Source of the DNA: Vicugna vicugna
Lineage: Eukaryota
Direction: 5' to 3'
DNA length: 64,000 nucleotides
Assembly: GCA_013265495.1 (NCBI GenBank)
Contig: MU061578.1
Coordinates: 1,125,308-1,189,307, forward strand
This document shows positions 51,011-63,670 of this stretch, one piece after another. The translations under genes and the position numbers were made by a program. Position 1 is the first letter of the stretch. Each line of letters starts with the position of its first letter. A model generated the notes under the pieces. That model searched no databases and was not told where the DNA came from. It worked only from the letters and a program-made list of their open reading frames with translations.

Positions 51011-53875
51011 AGTTCTGTGATTAACAAGAGGCAAAAATCCAGAGACTGGACTCTTCACCCTGCATCTCAAGCGACAAGACTCCAGCTGACTCAACAGGCA
51101 AACAGCCACATTGCAACTGCTTCTGCTACCAGATTGAGCCAGCACCAGAAAGTGCAGTAAACTTGGCCCTGAGTCAAAAACACAGAGGTGGAAGTTCTGG
51201 AAAGCTGGGCTGCAGAAGACAATTTCCTATCCTTGGGTTTCTCTCTTCCATCTCTATAGACCTGCATCTTCATAGACCATCTCCTCCTGTGACAAAGAGA
51301 GTCTTTTAGAAAGAAAGAGCAAGAACAAATATACGGCAGGTAGACCAGAAGGCCTCCCACCTTGACACCATCTATAAACCAGGGGAGTGGCAGGACACTG
51401 TGGCTCCAGGTATTTCTAACTTGATGCCTCCTTCCACGAAAAGGCACCAGAATGAACTGATTTCAGGCACATGCACAGTCATCTGGCTGAGTTCTGTGAG
51501 CAGGAAGAGGGATGAAAAAGTGACCCACGGGTCACTCGGCTACAAACATACTCAAGAGCCTGTCTGCGGGCAAGTGCCTGGGGCTGCTGAATTCAGGATC
51601 AGTCTCAGGCAGGCTCTGCCTCCCAGGCCTCTTCGGGTTTCTGCTCAAATGATTGCCTCATTTTGAGATCATTCAAGCATGTTAAAACTGTAGACAGCAG
51701 AGCAGCACATCTATTCAATGACCATTTAAACTATACAACTGGAATTTATCACAAGTACAAGGGAAAGGTGAATCATTAGAAAATCAAACTTGGAAAATCT
51801 CCACTAGCAATCAAATGGCTATGTTTTCGGCTCAGAGAACTGGGCACTACAGCCTTAAAACATTACATAGAAGTAGCCTCCTCTTGGTGTAGGAAAGAGA
51901 TCTGACGTAGAGGTACACACGACAAAATAGATACCAAAATATACAAAAGAAGCACTTGAAGACAAGGTGAAAATGAAAGAGGGGGACAGTACAGGTGAAT
52001 GCAAAAAAATTCATTCTGTAATAGCCCACAGAGTTGCTGAAATCCCGCTTCTTGGAGTTGCCTTGCAATGATCATTAAAAGGGAAACTGCTCTACAGACG
52101 ACATTCCTGATGTGTTTAAATCTCATTCGCTCGTATGGACATTTTCTTTCCACCAGAACTACTGGTCTAACAGAGACCAGGCACTGCAAGACCTAAAGAT
52201 CTGGATCCTGTGAGTTAGGACTGAGAAGCAGCACTTTTTGGTTCCTCCAACTGATTGTGCTTCGTTTTCTAGAGACTGGCCGTGATCAGGATGGTGCATC
52301 CCTATTTGGCCATCTGCTAAAGAGCAACTTCTATCGCTCGGGCTCTGATCTTGTGGTGGCCATTTTTGCCTTTGTAGACCTCTTTGGAAGGCCACTCAGA
52401 AAAGTGTCCACATTGTTTTTGCTCCTAATCACTCTGTTAGCCTTATTCCCATAGTGGCTTCCACGGAAGGTTCCATAACAAGTTGCTGACCCTATGGTCC
52501 TTCTTGTCTGCTGTCAAAGTCAACATGCTGTTTGATCAGATTTCTCCTGAAGAACAAACTACATCATCACCCAAGGCAACAGCATCAATGGCAAGGCAGA
52601 GACAATGAGGTGAAACAAGAGTAGAAACATGAGGTGGGGGAGAGGGGGCTCTGGCTTCAACAATATCAACTGTGTGGTCTTGGCTGGTGAATTAATAGAA
52701 TAATAAGTTGTCTGTGATACACATTACACCCACCACGGTGGAAATCTCAGGGCAGGCTTACAGATAATGAAGACCTATGATAAAGAAGAATACACTAGAA
52801 GATACACCAGAGCCAACTACGGGTGCCAGTTTCAGAGTTTCTGGAGTGATGGGGAACAAACTTTACGTCACAGGCTTATTGCTCTGGCCTGGTTTCAATA
52901 AGGAGCTTAGGATGAACTGAACGGAATGCAAAAGTTAACCCCGATGGCCTATGCAGTATAGCCTTCTCTAATATCAGAAAGCAAGTCAACCGTTTCAGAG
53001 GGTGGGGGAAGAGCAGGTGGGTAGGTGAGATGTTCAGCTGGTTCAGCCAGGTATATGGACACTTCAGTTCCCTCTCTGCCTTTGCTTGGGAAAGACCATT
53101 ACTGCAAGTACATTTTCAAAGGCAAGATATATTACAGGCAAGCACAGCTATCATTTTTAGTGCCAGAGAAACTTGAAATTTCAATACGTGACATTTGCAG
53201 TTACTAGATGGGGTCTTGGGCTGGGTCTCAGGGGAAATGGAGAAGTGGCTTGAACTAGGACCCACAGTTGGTACCCAGGGGTTGTTGTGCCATTCCCCTC
53301 CCCAACCTAGATGTGCTTAAACATGCAAATCTCATTTTAAAACTCATCTTTACCCCCTTTGGAGGAGTCAGAAGAATAAGGGAGTTAGCAGTTTTAATCA
53401 CAGCAATCTTAGCCCCCAGCCAGGTAATCAAACAACAGAGCAGATGGAGTGAGTGGTTGCACAGGAGGAGGAACGAAGGAAGGAGTGGCTGCCAAACAGT
53501 GATGGAGGTGAGCACGTGGCCGCCGCTGCTGTTCCTCACGGGGGTGGCAGACCCGAGGGGATGCAGACCTCTGAGAAGCAGACTGTCTATTAACAAAGGG
53601 GACAGGCCATGTGCAGAAGTCATGGAGAGGCTTTGTCGGGTGGAGTGGGAGAGAGAAAGAGATTGACTCAGAAGTTGCCATGCCTTCCCAACGTGGGGCC
53701 GTGCCGCTGGGATATGTCAACCTCAAAGATACAGCTTTGTTGTTTCAAGATCTACGTCCGCATCTAGTTGAGGCCAAACTCAACTGGGAAGCATCCACAA
53801 AATGAACATAGCTCTTAAGTATTCTGATTAACATAACCCAGGAAAACAGAAACATGGTTGTTGCTTACAGGTCTT

Positions 53876-54028
53876 TATTATTGTATTATTTTTTAATTCT
53901 TTTTTGTTTTGGGGGGAGGAAGTAATTACGCTTATTTATTTTTTTTAGAGGAGGTACTGGGGATTGAACCTATGACCTCGTCTGTGCTAAGCATGCGCTC
54001 TACCACTGAGCCATGCCCTCCGTACCCC
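53876..54028 (-). mobile_element. tRNA-Ala-derived SINE (camelid Vic-1-like)
   Basis: Minus strand reads ggctcagtggtagagcgcatgcttagca...ggttcaatccccagtacctcc (A box, AGC anticodon region, B box) plus an A-rich tail. Perfect 14-bp TSD tgcttacaggtctt at 53862-53875 and 54029-54042. Confidence 0.93.
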
Positions 54029-56147
54029 TGCTTACAGGTCTTAATATGAGGACCTGAACTCCCTTAAAGTGCAAAACAAAATGAAACAAACAAACAAACA
54101 AACAAAAACAGTGATGTGGAAGAAGGAGGGGTTGGGGGCTGTGTGTCCCTGACTACAGAAGAACCATTCTGAGACCTGAGGAAAGAGATCACTGTCAGAG
54201 GAGCCAACCGGCCCCGTCTGACCTCAGGTTTGCTGAGAAGAAAAACTTACAGGGAAACATGCCAGCTAACCCATCCAGAATTTGTATATCCCATGTCCTC
54301 CACTGGAGGAAATAGGAAGGGAATGACTTATGCGTGGGCAAAGGCACCTCAGATCACAGACACCACGCTGCTGGAGACCCCCAGGGAGACACAAACCCAG
54401 TGCTGCCAGATAGCAACCTTCAGAAATCACCTTCTCGGGCCATAAAGATTCCTTTATTCCATGGCTTGATTCGCTATTGATGTAAGGCTCTTTTTCATAG
54501 TGATGCAGGAAAACATTTTATTTTCTCAGATGTAAATGGGAGGGAGTCTATCCGGGGAAACTGGGGAGGGGGGGAGGCTGTTGTGATGAGTGACACCATC
54601 ACGTTAGCGGGACTCAAAGGAACAGCTCTCCGTCACATCCCTAAGTGCCTCTGTGTGAAATTTCTAAGTAGGTCTAGATTCCTCTGTATTAAGAGCTTTC
54701 CACCCGGTAACTGCAGATCCAGGATGGGTATCAGCAATCATGGACCCCAAATAATGTTGCAAAATGCTGGGTTTATGCATATATCCATTCCTCTGGGGAG
54801 AAGCTGCATCGCTTTCTTTAGTCCCTGAGGATTCTGAGACACCCAAACTGAGAATATCTTCAAGATATCCTAAATCATCATCTTAGCAAACTACAGAGAT
54901 AGTCCTACGCCTCCTCCCAGAGGGGCCAATCCTGTGCAAGCATTTCCTCCACCCTCCCCCATGGGCAAGGAGAAAACTTACAGACACATCAACCTTGAAC
55001 TCAGTCATTAAAGCCATTCAAGGGCCCACAGAAACCACAACAGTAATGTTCTGAAGATGATACCAGGCTTTAAAGAAAGTCATGATTGTTCCAAAGTCTA
55101 TGAACAAACATTATTAAGTAAGATCCTGGAGGCAAGGGGCTTTGACTAAATAGTTCGCAAGTTGTACGCTCGATAAACCCTGTTGAATAAAATACATGAA
55201 TAAATGAATGAATGAATGAACGAGTGAATGCACGATCCAGTGATGCTCTTCTAAGAAGGTTTCATGGTGAAGATGACACTTGTGGACACTGAATTCTCAG
55301 GCTCCAGGTCCTTGCTTGCCTCCAAGGACACAGGAAAGATAAAAAGGGTGAGTGAGAAGAAGCTGTGGGAGAGAGCTGCGCCATAAATACAAGGTTTTGT
55401 TATTTTTATTTTTATTGGTGCTTCGACTGCCTTCGGGGGAGGGGGGAGCATATGTGAATATGGCTAATTTTCTGCTTGACTCCAGTCACATTCTAAATTA
55501 CTGAGCCACATTTTATTTTAAATTGACTAATAAAGAAATCTCACACCCCACACCATTTCACATTTTCTTGGGTCGTTTAATGTGCCCACCCTTCTCCAGG
55601 GGCTCCAGGCTTCCTCTGAGAGCTGAGTGGGGGTGGAGGCTGAGCAGGGGCTTGGTGTGAAATCACCTCTGTCTCTTTCTCTCTGCCTGTCTCTGTCTGT
55701 CTGTCTGCGTCTCTTTGTCTCTCTCTCCCTTCTAATTGCCCTCGATCAAAGCACAAGTATCAGCCTCAGTCAGATGCCTTGCCTTTATACTCGCTTAAGA
55801 ACAAAACATGTACAGCTTTTTGCTTTCCCCTACATAAAAATAAATGGAAAACATTTTGCAAATGTCAAATGCTATATAAAAGGAAAAATATGAAGGACAC
55901 TGGACACATGAACAGTAATACTAATGACAAATTTTACCTCTCCTAAAGCACTCTCTGCCACCCAGTTCCAACCCTGGAGTTTTATCTCAAGGGTCAGAAA
56001 CCAGCTATATCATAGTTAGAAATGGATTCTCATGGAAAAAATACTCTCCAGATGTGTCAGCAGATGATATTAAGGAAGAGGGAAGAAAAATAAGAGAAAA
56101 TGAATCAGGACTGGGCATTTTCTTCTATTCATTCATTCGATACCTTT

Positions 56148-56263
56148 TTTAAAAAAAAAAAACTTTTTATTTTTCTAAGTGTAGGCACTGGGGATTGAAC
56201 CCAGGACCTCGGGTAGGCTAAGTGCTCGCTCTCCCACTGAGCTATACCACCCCCCCATCCCTG
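56148..56263 (-). mobile_element. tRNA-derived SINE, same family, more diverged
   Basis: 'ggcactggggattgaacccaggacctcg...ctaagtgctcgctctcccactgagctatacc'. Degenerate TSD tcattcgatac/tcattcaacac. Confidence 0.88.
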
Positions 56264-56905
56264 TCATTCAACACTTTTTAAAGCAACCCTACATGCCCCA
56301 AATGGCACAGTTGTTGGGAATACAATGTACTGCACAACAGAGATGGTGGCTGCCCGAATGCAACAGTCTAAGTGATAGAAGCAGGCAGTAAGGACACACA
56401 TATGTAAATAAGAGGACAGCCAATCACGGCTGATGAATCAAAGTGTTTTGAATGATAGCAGAGCAGGTAAGGGAAAGCCCCAATGAGAAACCATATTGAA
56501 GTAGAGACCAAAGTCCATGAAAGAGCCAGTCACATGGAGAGCAGCATTGGAAAGAGAAAGTACAAATATTCAGGGGTTAAAAAAAAGGCAATGATCCAGG
56601 AACTGTCAGGAAGCGAGAGTGGGGAACAGGAGCTGGTGTTAGAGTGACAAGGAATGAGGTCAAAGAGGCACCCAGGAGCTGGATCTTGCCCCCATGGGCA
56701 TGGTAGCAAGTCTAGATTTTCCCCTAGGAAAAGTGGAAATCCATCCAAGCATTTTAATGGAGAAGGGGATGACATCATGGAGTTTATTACTTTAAAAGGT
56801 CACTCTGGCTGCAGTGTGGAGAATAGAAAGGAGGGGACAGGAGTGGAAGTGGTCCAGTGAGGAGGCTAGTGCAGTCACCCAGGGGAGTATTGATGGTGGC
56901 ACTGA
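56264..56905 (-). mobile_element. L2 fragment (host of the preceding SINE)
   Basis: attcattc tail and reverse-L2 motifs 'ttttaaaaggtcactctggctgcagtgtggagaatag' and 'ccagtgaggaggcta'. Confidence 0.75.
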
Positions 56906-57169
56906 CTAGGCGGGTGGCAACGGGGGTGGAGGGGGAAGGCTGGATCAGGATGCGCTGGTGAGCTGCACTTGGAGATAAAGGGAAAGAAGGGGCCCGGGAA
57001 GACCACAGTAGCCCATCTCTTCCAAACACTTGGAAACACCAACGTTAGATCAGTCGAACTCATCCAAAGTACAAATGGCATTAATGTTTATTATCGTGTG
57101 GTCCTTTATCAGGTCAGCGAAAGTCACAAATCTCCCCTTGCCCCCAAAACTGATCATTGACTCCCTCTA

Positions 57170-57405
57170 ACAAAATTGTATTTCCATGCTTTATGCTTTC
57201 ACGGAAGCCTGTGTACTTTCCCCTTGTATCACCTCTCAGAACTTTCATTAAATAACCATCTGATGAAGTGTCTTTGCCGTCTCCCCTGCTGTATTCTGAG
57301 GTCCATCAGAGCAGGGGCCATCTCTGTCTTGGTCAGCAGTAAATTCCCCAAACCAAGCACTGTGTCTGACATCCTGCAGGTGTGGTGAAGTGAATAAATA
57401 CTGGA
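57170..57405 (+). mobile_element. L2 3' fragment
   Basis: 'gagcaggggccatctctgtcttggtca...ccaagcactgtgtctgacat...aataaatactggatgg'. Confidence 0.6.
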
Positions 57406-58423
57406 TGGGAGTAGATGCCCTGAAATTAACTATCTGAGTCTCCAGAAGAGGAAGGACAGGGAGCAATTCCAGCCCAGTGCTTTCACCCACTGATGGTTTC
57501 CTCGTCTCCTCTCAAGCTGCCGCCCACTCCTTCCCCAGCTGACCGCAAGTCTAGACACACCATGCCCACAAAGCTGGTGAAAACGATGACTCACGGTTCA
57601 GAAAGCACCACGGGTGATCACTGGGAGTTCCCAGGGCGAGCTGAGGGTGGCTTCCCGCTCAGCTCTGCCAAGCAGAGGAAGCCTCATTCTTCCTTCCAAC
57701 TGGAGTCCATCCTCACTCCCTCCTTCCCCTCCCACTTCCCCCTCAGGCTCTGAGACACTTAGAGAGCATACCTGAACTCCTCGTGGGAATGACAATTCCT
57801 TACGAAAACATTTCAGAGAAGAATTCCATGGAACCCGGCCACTGGCAATCCTTCCAGACATGTAGTGGCTTGAAACCCATCGTGATCACATGAAGGAAAT
57901 ATGTTGGGCAGTTCGAGGCTACCTTTCTCATAAGTATCTGCTGATCCAAGTCTCCACTGTCTACTCCTAATTTTAATCATTACTGCATGAAATATCACTC
58001 TGAGAAATTCTGCTCTATGGGTTTTAGACGGGCACTGTTAATTCAGATATTTACCCCAAATTCAGTCATTCATTAAAAAATAGAAAGATGTCCCCAAATT
58101 CATTGATGATGCATTAAAAATATATGTAGTAAACTCAGACCATGGGCCAGGTCCTGGGTATCCATCAATGGATTAAACAGACAGAGCCTCTCTCCTCACA
58201 TTACTATCTGCTTGGGAAAACAGACGATAGAAAAATGGATCTATAGTGGCATATTATAGTAAGTGGCATAAAGAAATTGATTCGACTTTTACAATACAGA
58301 CTGGGGTCGGGGGAGGTAAGCACTTAGAAGGGTCAGTCAGGAAAGATGACTAAGAGAAGGTGAAGAGGAGATGGCATTTAAGCTAAGTTGTAAAAATGAG
58401 ATGGGGCCAGTCAATGAATGAGA

Positions 58424-58490
58424 GAGATGGAGATGGAGATGAGATGGGATGAGATGGAGATGAGATGGGATGAGATGGAGATGGAGATGG
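58424..58490. repeat. GAGAT/GAGATG tandem repeat with a duplicated 21-bp higher-order unit
   Basis: gagatg-gagat-gagat-gggat occurs twice in tandem, flanked by gagatg units. Confidence 0.9.
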
Positions 58491-59324
58491 AAGAGAGAGA
58501 AAGATTTCACACAGATCACAACAGAGCTTTCCAGACACTTATAGGAGGATCAAAGTCTATGGGTTTCACAAGCAGCAGAGACCTCCCAAGAGAAAAAGGT
58601 ATGTGGTCCCAGTTTCCACCAAATGTTCGAGTCTCCAGCTTATGCCCTGAAGAAATACAACCTGTGTATCTGGAAGATTATTGAGGCGATGGTCAGGCAA
58701 TATCCCGCCTCTGCCCGTCACCTCTCTAGGCACCAGGTGAGAGTCTGGATCCTTTGCTTAAGGAAGATTATATTTCCTGCCGATGAAGTGGAAATGAGGA
58801 TGAGGATAAAGTTAACGTTTAGAAGAACACAGAAATATGCTCCTTCTTGCAGAATTTTGTGAGCACGGATTCACACATTCTCTCCTTTAATCCTGATGAC
58901 ACCCTGTACCTTCAGTATCCTTGCCTCCATGTTGCCGAAAAGAGAATGCAGTCTCAGTGAGGCGACCTAACCTGCCCATGCCCCAAAGTACCAAAGCCAA
59001 GATACACAGAAGATTATCTAACACCAAAATCCTTGGCCTTATGTAGTAAGTCTTATCGCCGAAGACCCCACGCGCAACCTCTCACTTTCTCCCCTTCAGT
59101 CTTCTCTCTCAGCAATCTTACTATCTCTCATGACTTCAGGTATCCATTTCCCCATGCTCCTTGCCAGGTCTGATCCTTACATTTGACTCTTTCCATTAGC
59201 GTTATCTGATAACCCTATTTGAGTCAACACTGTTTCCCCCATTGCCAGGCCATACCTCAAACCTCTGAGTCATCTTTCTCTCCAAACATCACTTTCTTCT
59301 TGAGTCAGACTGTTGGCTTTGGTG

Positions 59325-59522
59325 AGAGTTCCAGCACTCTTGCTGTGTGACCTCGGGCAAGTTACTCAACCTCTCTCTGCCTCCATTTCCTCACCTTTAG
59401 AACCACGAAAAGAGAAGCTACTGCACTGAAGTGTTTTCAGCATTAAATTAGCTAAAACACAGAAAGCAAAACATTTAGAATAGGACCTGGCAAATAATAG
59501 ATGCTCAGTAGAAATTAGCCAG
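59325..59522 (+). mobile_element. MIR SINE
   Basis: Clear core 'gctgtgtgacctcgggcaagttactcaacctctctctgcctccatttcctcac'. Confidence 0.85.
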
Positions 59523-59834
59523 AATTGTCTATCCAAAATCGTTTTTGAGCTGCTGCACATTAATTTGAAAATGAAATAGACCCTTATTCGTTACGTTATG
59601 TTATGTTCCACTCTTAAGTCCTTGAGGGAACTGTCTATCACGTTACTTGCCTTGCTTTCGTACTGTTATCCCTTTGGGTTAAGTTGCTCTCAGGGTTTTA
59701 ACCATGCAGCCTGTCTCTGAACTTCCTCCAAACCCTTTTTGGTGGTCATAATAGGTTTTCTAAAACCATCAACCCCCTGATAACTTCCCAGTGTGCACCA
59801 GAGGAGTCAGCTTCACTGAGTAAAGATGAGACAT

Positions 59835-60002
59835 TGCAGCTGGACTCAGAGGTACCTGGAACCCTGCTCAGTCATGCCTCAGCTATGTAATCTTGGGCAC
59901 ATCATTTAGCCCCTCTGGGCCTCAGCTCTGCATCTGTCAAACAGGGATAATAGTAGTATACGGTAGTGAAAATATAATAGGTTAATGCCTAGCTGGCACA
60001 CA
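59835..60002 (+). mobile_element. MIR SINE
   Basis: 'agctatgtaatcttgggcacatcatttagcccctctgggcctcag...catctgtcaaacagggataatagtag'. Confidence 0.75.
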
Positions 60003-60239
60003 GAAGACTGAATTACAAGCCTTCTTCAGGGAGCTGTGGGTCCAACAAGGACCACAGCAGGGCTCTCCTGGTGCCTCTTACCCTGCTGCCCAGGCCCGCA
60101 GTAAACTTTGTACAAGAGAGAAATAAACCTTTGCAACATTAACCCCTTTAGTCCACGGACTGCTGTTACCACTTCAGAACTTAGTATATACCCTGACTAG
60201 TACTAACCTACTCACCCACCTGGTGACCATCCTCTTGTC

Positions 60240-60440
60240 CAGGACTGTCCAGTAGAACTTTCTGGGACCATGAAATTGCTGTATGTCTGCACAGTTCAGT
60301 ATGGTGGCCACTAGTCACAGGGGGCCATTGAAACCTGGGTAGTGTGACCGAGAAACTGAAGTTTTAAATTTTATTTAATTTTAATTAATGTGGATGCAAA
60401 TGACCTCCGTGGCTGCGGGCCACCACACTGGCCAGCGTAG
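60240..60440 (+). mobile_element. MER3 hAT MITE
   Basis: 'ctgtccagtagaactttctg...ggtggccactagtcaca...aactgaagttttaaattttatttaattttaattaat...ggccagcgtag' follows the MER3 consensus. Confidence 0.85.
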
Positions 60441-62788
60441 CAGAACCAGACTTCGTTCTGCTCCTTGGAAATGCCAAGCTCTTCTGGAACCCTGAGGGCT
60501 TTCCACTTGCCAGGGAAAACCATTTTTAGTCAGCCTCCACCTTTGAAATTCTCACCTTGAAGGCGTTTAGTCTTTCATTCAGCTCAGTCACAAATACTGC
60601 TCCAGCAACACTGTGTTACTTCTTTGGGCTTCAGATGAACAGCACTACACTTTATAGAAAAGTGCACAGAAGCAAAAATGCTTGCAACTGTTACAGATGC
60701 TTATGTCCAGATCAAAAGGCAATTCCAGAGGCCTAATGCAGATGAACATGTGTGCCGGCTACAAAATACAACAAACAGAGCTTCCTTTGGACTTATTCTG
60801 GATCCAAACTACCTGAAAAGGCAAATCCACAGTCCCAAAGACCAATATAAGTGGAATGAAGCCTTCAGGATAATTACATGTTGTTAATTGAAAAATGTTA
60901 ATCATGTCATATTAGGAGAAAGACAGGGTTAAATTGGTAAAATTCCAATTCACTTAGGCCTTATCTCTTGTTGGAATGAACCAGATGATTAATCCTCGAT
61001 ATTCTTCAGGGATGCAGCAAACAGCAGCAATTAAATTAACAACTACGAAGTTTATGCTTAGAGATTCAAAAATGAAAAAGGGAAACGCTTTAATTTTTCA
61101 CAAGTTGTTACCTTAATTATCTTCTTATTGCTCTGTCTCCTTTCCCTCATTACAAAAACACACCCCTCAGTATTCACAGATCCCTTTAATTTGCTGTAGC
61201 GCAGTAACAGTGTAAGAAATGTCATCAGAGATACAAACTCATAAATAAATCTTACTTTGTGTGCGCTCCTTGGAAATAAATTGTTCTGCTGTGCCTAGTC
61301 TCAGTGTTTATTCCAGAAAGTGCTGACAAATTTCCACTTACTACAAATCATCGGCGTGTCTGTAAATCTATATACACAGGGAGTTACTTATCACCTGACT
61401 CCAACAGCAACAACAAAAAAATTCCTTAGAACAGGCTGAAACTTAATCGGTCAGGTTAATAAAAGATCATACGGAAACACAACGAGGTGGTCGTTTGGGA
61501 AATAAACAAAAACTCAGACCGAAACTTCTTTTTCTAAGATACTCCACAGATGTGAAAAGGGGCATATAGACAGCCTGTATTACAAACGCAAACCTTGGAA
61601 AATCTTCTTTATTTTGTGTGTATGTGTGTTTTTTTCCTCCTCCAAATGATATCTCTGCAGTCAGCAGAGGAATCCAACTTTGTGAAGATCAGATAATTCA
61701 TCTCCGTTGGAATGCGGCTAATCAAAATTGAAAAAAAAAAGATAAATCCAACAGCATCCACCATAAAGCAAGAGAATGCTGCCTCATGGTGATTTAGCAG
61801 GTCCCCTGACATATGTGCATTAAAACTGTAACGATCAGAAGCCCTATTTGCATGTCACGTATGCCTTTCACTCGGAAGCCTCGCTTGCAAATATAGCACG
61901 GCAGAGGAGCCCGTTGCACTGGTAGCCACAACACAACAAGGAAAGCGGTTGTAAATAGTCAGGATTTCTCAGTGGGTTCCCCTGCTGTGAGTGAAAGCTA
62001 ATAGGAATTCTTTTCTTCAAAGAAAATCATTTTCTAATCAGAGCGGGAGACGGGTGGGGGAATCAATGACATAATTAAGAAAATAGTCTAGCGGTTTGGA
62101 AACTGTGAATAAAATGGGAAAAAAAAATAAATGAACAAACCTACCACAAAACCCCAGGCTGAAACAGCAATGCAATCAAATGACTGTGAGTCCAAACTGG
62201 GGAACGTATGAGAACATATCAATAATTGAGTGCATCACATCCTCAGTGCCTGAAGAAGTAATCACCGTCACTGTAAACCCTCTCCCGGACGGATGTTAAC
62301 GTCTTTGACGGTTATATATACTTGGGCGGCATCATCATTTAGTCTACTTTCTGAATTTCCGAAGTTTCACAGCAAAATGTCACATCCCAAGAGAACGTCC
62401 TCACAACAGATGATTAGCCTGGCCCTATTGATCATCACCCAAATGGCAAAAATCTCAATAAGTTTCATCTGGACCTTTCCTGGAACCTCAGAAATGCACT
62501 CCCCCCTCTCTGCTGACCACCGTTTTTACGATCGCTACTGTATTTGCAGGGCAGTCAATTTTACACAGCATAACAAACTGCCAAGTGGCAACGCGCTTCC
62601 CTCCATTACTGAGGCCCATGTATTAAATTTAGTGAAGCACAATATCAGACCTCAAATATTGCCAGGCTTCGAATTGAATGCCGCGGAGCGTAATGTGATC
62701 AACCTGACAAATACACTGACATATTAAGTAGCAGATCATGTATTCATATCTGGAACCGATGTTCTTTTTGTTGCTCTTGAGCTGTGTG

Positions 62789-62811
62789 TATATATATATA
62801 TATATATATAT
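62789..62811. repeat. (TA)n microsatellite followed by T-tract
   Basis: Read directly. Confidence 0.93.
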
Positions 62812-63289
62812 GTATTTTTTTTTTTTTGGATTAGCATTCACAAAGAGCATTCTGTTTTGGAGTGCAAGAGGACTGGCAGCAAGGAAACTGTGTGCGTCCT
62901 TCCCTTCCCTTCACGGCAGATCAATGATCACTTTTCTTAATGACGTTACTATAGGGAGAACGAAAATGTAAGCATAGCTCAGGGAAAAAATGTCATTTTT
63001 TTTTTAAAGAAACTGTTTATTCTCTCCCTTTTGCCTTCTGCCAATGTAAGTAAACTTAAAAATTATATTTTTATTCTGTGAGTGATGTGGAAGGTTTCTT
63101 AGACATTAATCACATGTAACCCTTCGGGCTTTACATTAAGACAAGGGGTCTTCTCTCACTTCCTTCCTCTCTTATCACTGGCTCTGCTTACTGCCACAAA
63201 AGCTGCCAAAGGTACGGGGTTTTGCTTAAAAATCTTGCTTTTATGCTGAGGCAACTCAAACATTTTAACCACTTCTCTTTTGAAAAGCA

Positions 63290-63670
63290 TGAATCTTAAA
63301 AAAAAAAAAAAAAACAAACAAACTTCTTTAAAAAACAGAAACAGACTCACAGACATAGAAAACAAACTTACGGTTAGCAGGGGAAAAGGGAGAACAGGGG
63401 AGGAGTAGGAAGGGATAAATTGGGAGTTCAAGATTTGCAGATATTAACTACTATATATAAAATAGACAAACAACAAGTTCATACTGTATAGCCCAGGGAA
63501 CCACATTCAATATCTTATAGTAACTAGTGAAAAAGAATATGAAAATGAATATATGTATGTTCCTATATGACTGAAGCATTGTGCTGTACACCAGAAACTG
63601 ACATAACGTTGTCAACTGACTATACTTCAATAAAAATATATTAAAAAATATCTACAAAAAAAAAAGAAAA
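63290..63670 (+). mobile_element. Young camelid-type L1 3' end
   Basis: 'aaacagaaacagactcacagacatagaaaacaaacttacggtt...gggataaattgggagttcaag...tgtacaccagaaactgac...gactatacttcaataaaa'. It is the inverse of the 3813-4165 copy type. Confidence 0.92.

Noticed and set aside
51847..52600. Possible processed pseudogene (several overlapping ORFs)
   Set aside because: No recognisable protein in the frames I read, and no poly-A or TSD.
53945..54022. Possible tRNA-Ala gene
   Set aside because: It carries an A-rich tail and a 14-bp TSD and has mismatches relative to tRNA-Ala, so it is a SINE.
58418..58684. ORF with EMEMRWD repeats
   Set aside because: Translation of the GAGAT/GAGATG simple repeat.
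11393..63670. Recurring 'tgtacaccagaaa(c/t)tgacac' motif as a novel dispersed repeat
   Set aside because: It is the 3'UTR tip of lineage-specific L1s. Longer copies are contiguous with L1 ORF2 sequence.
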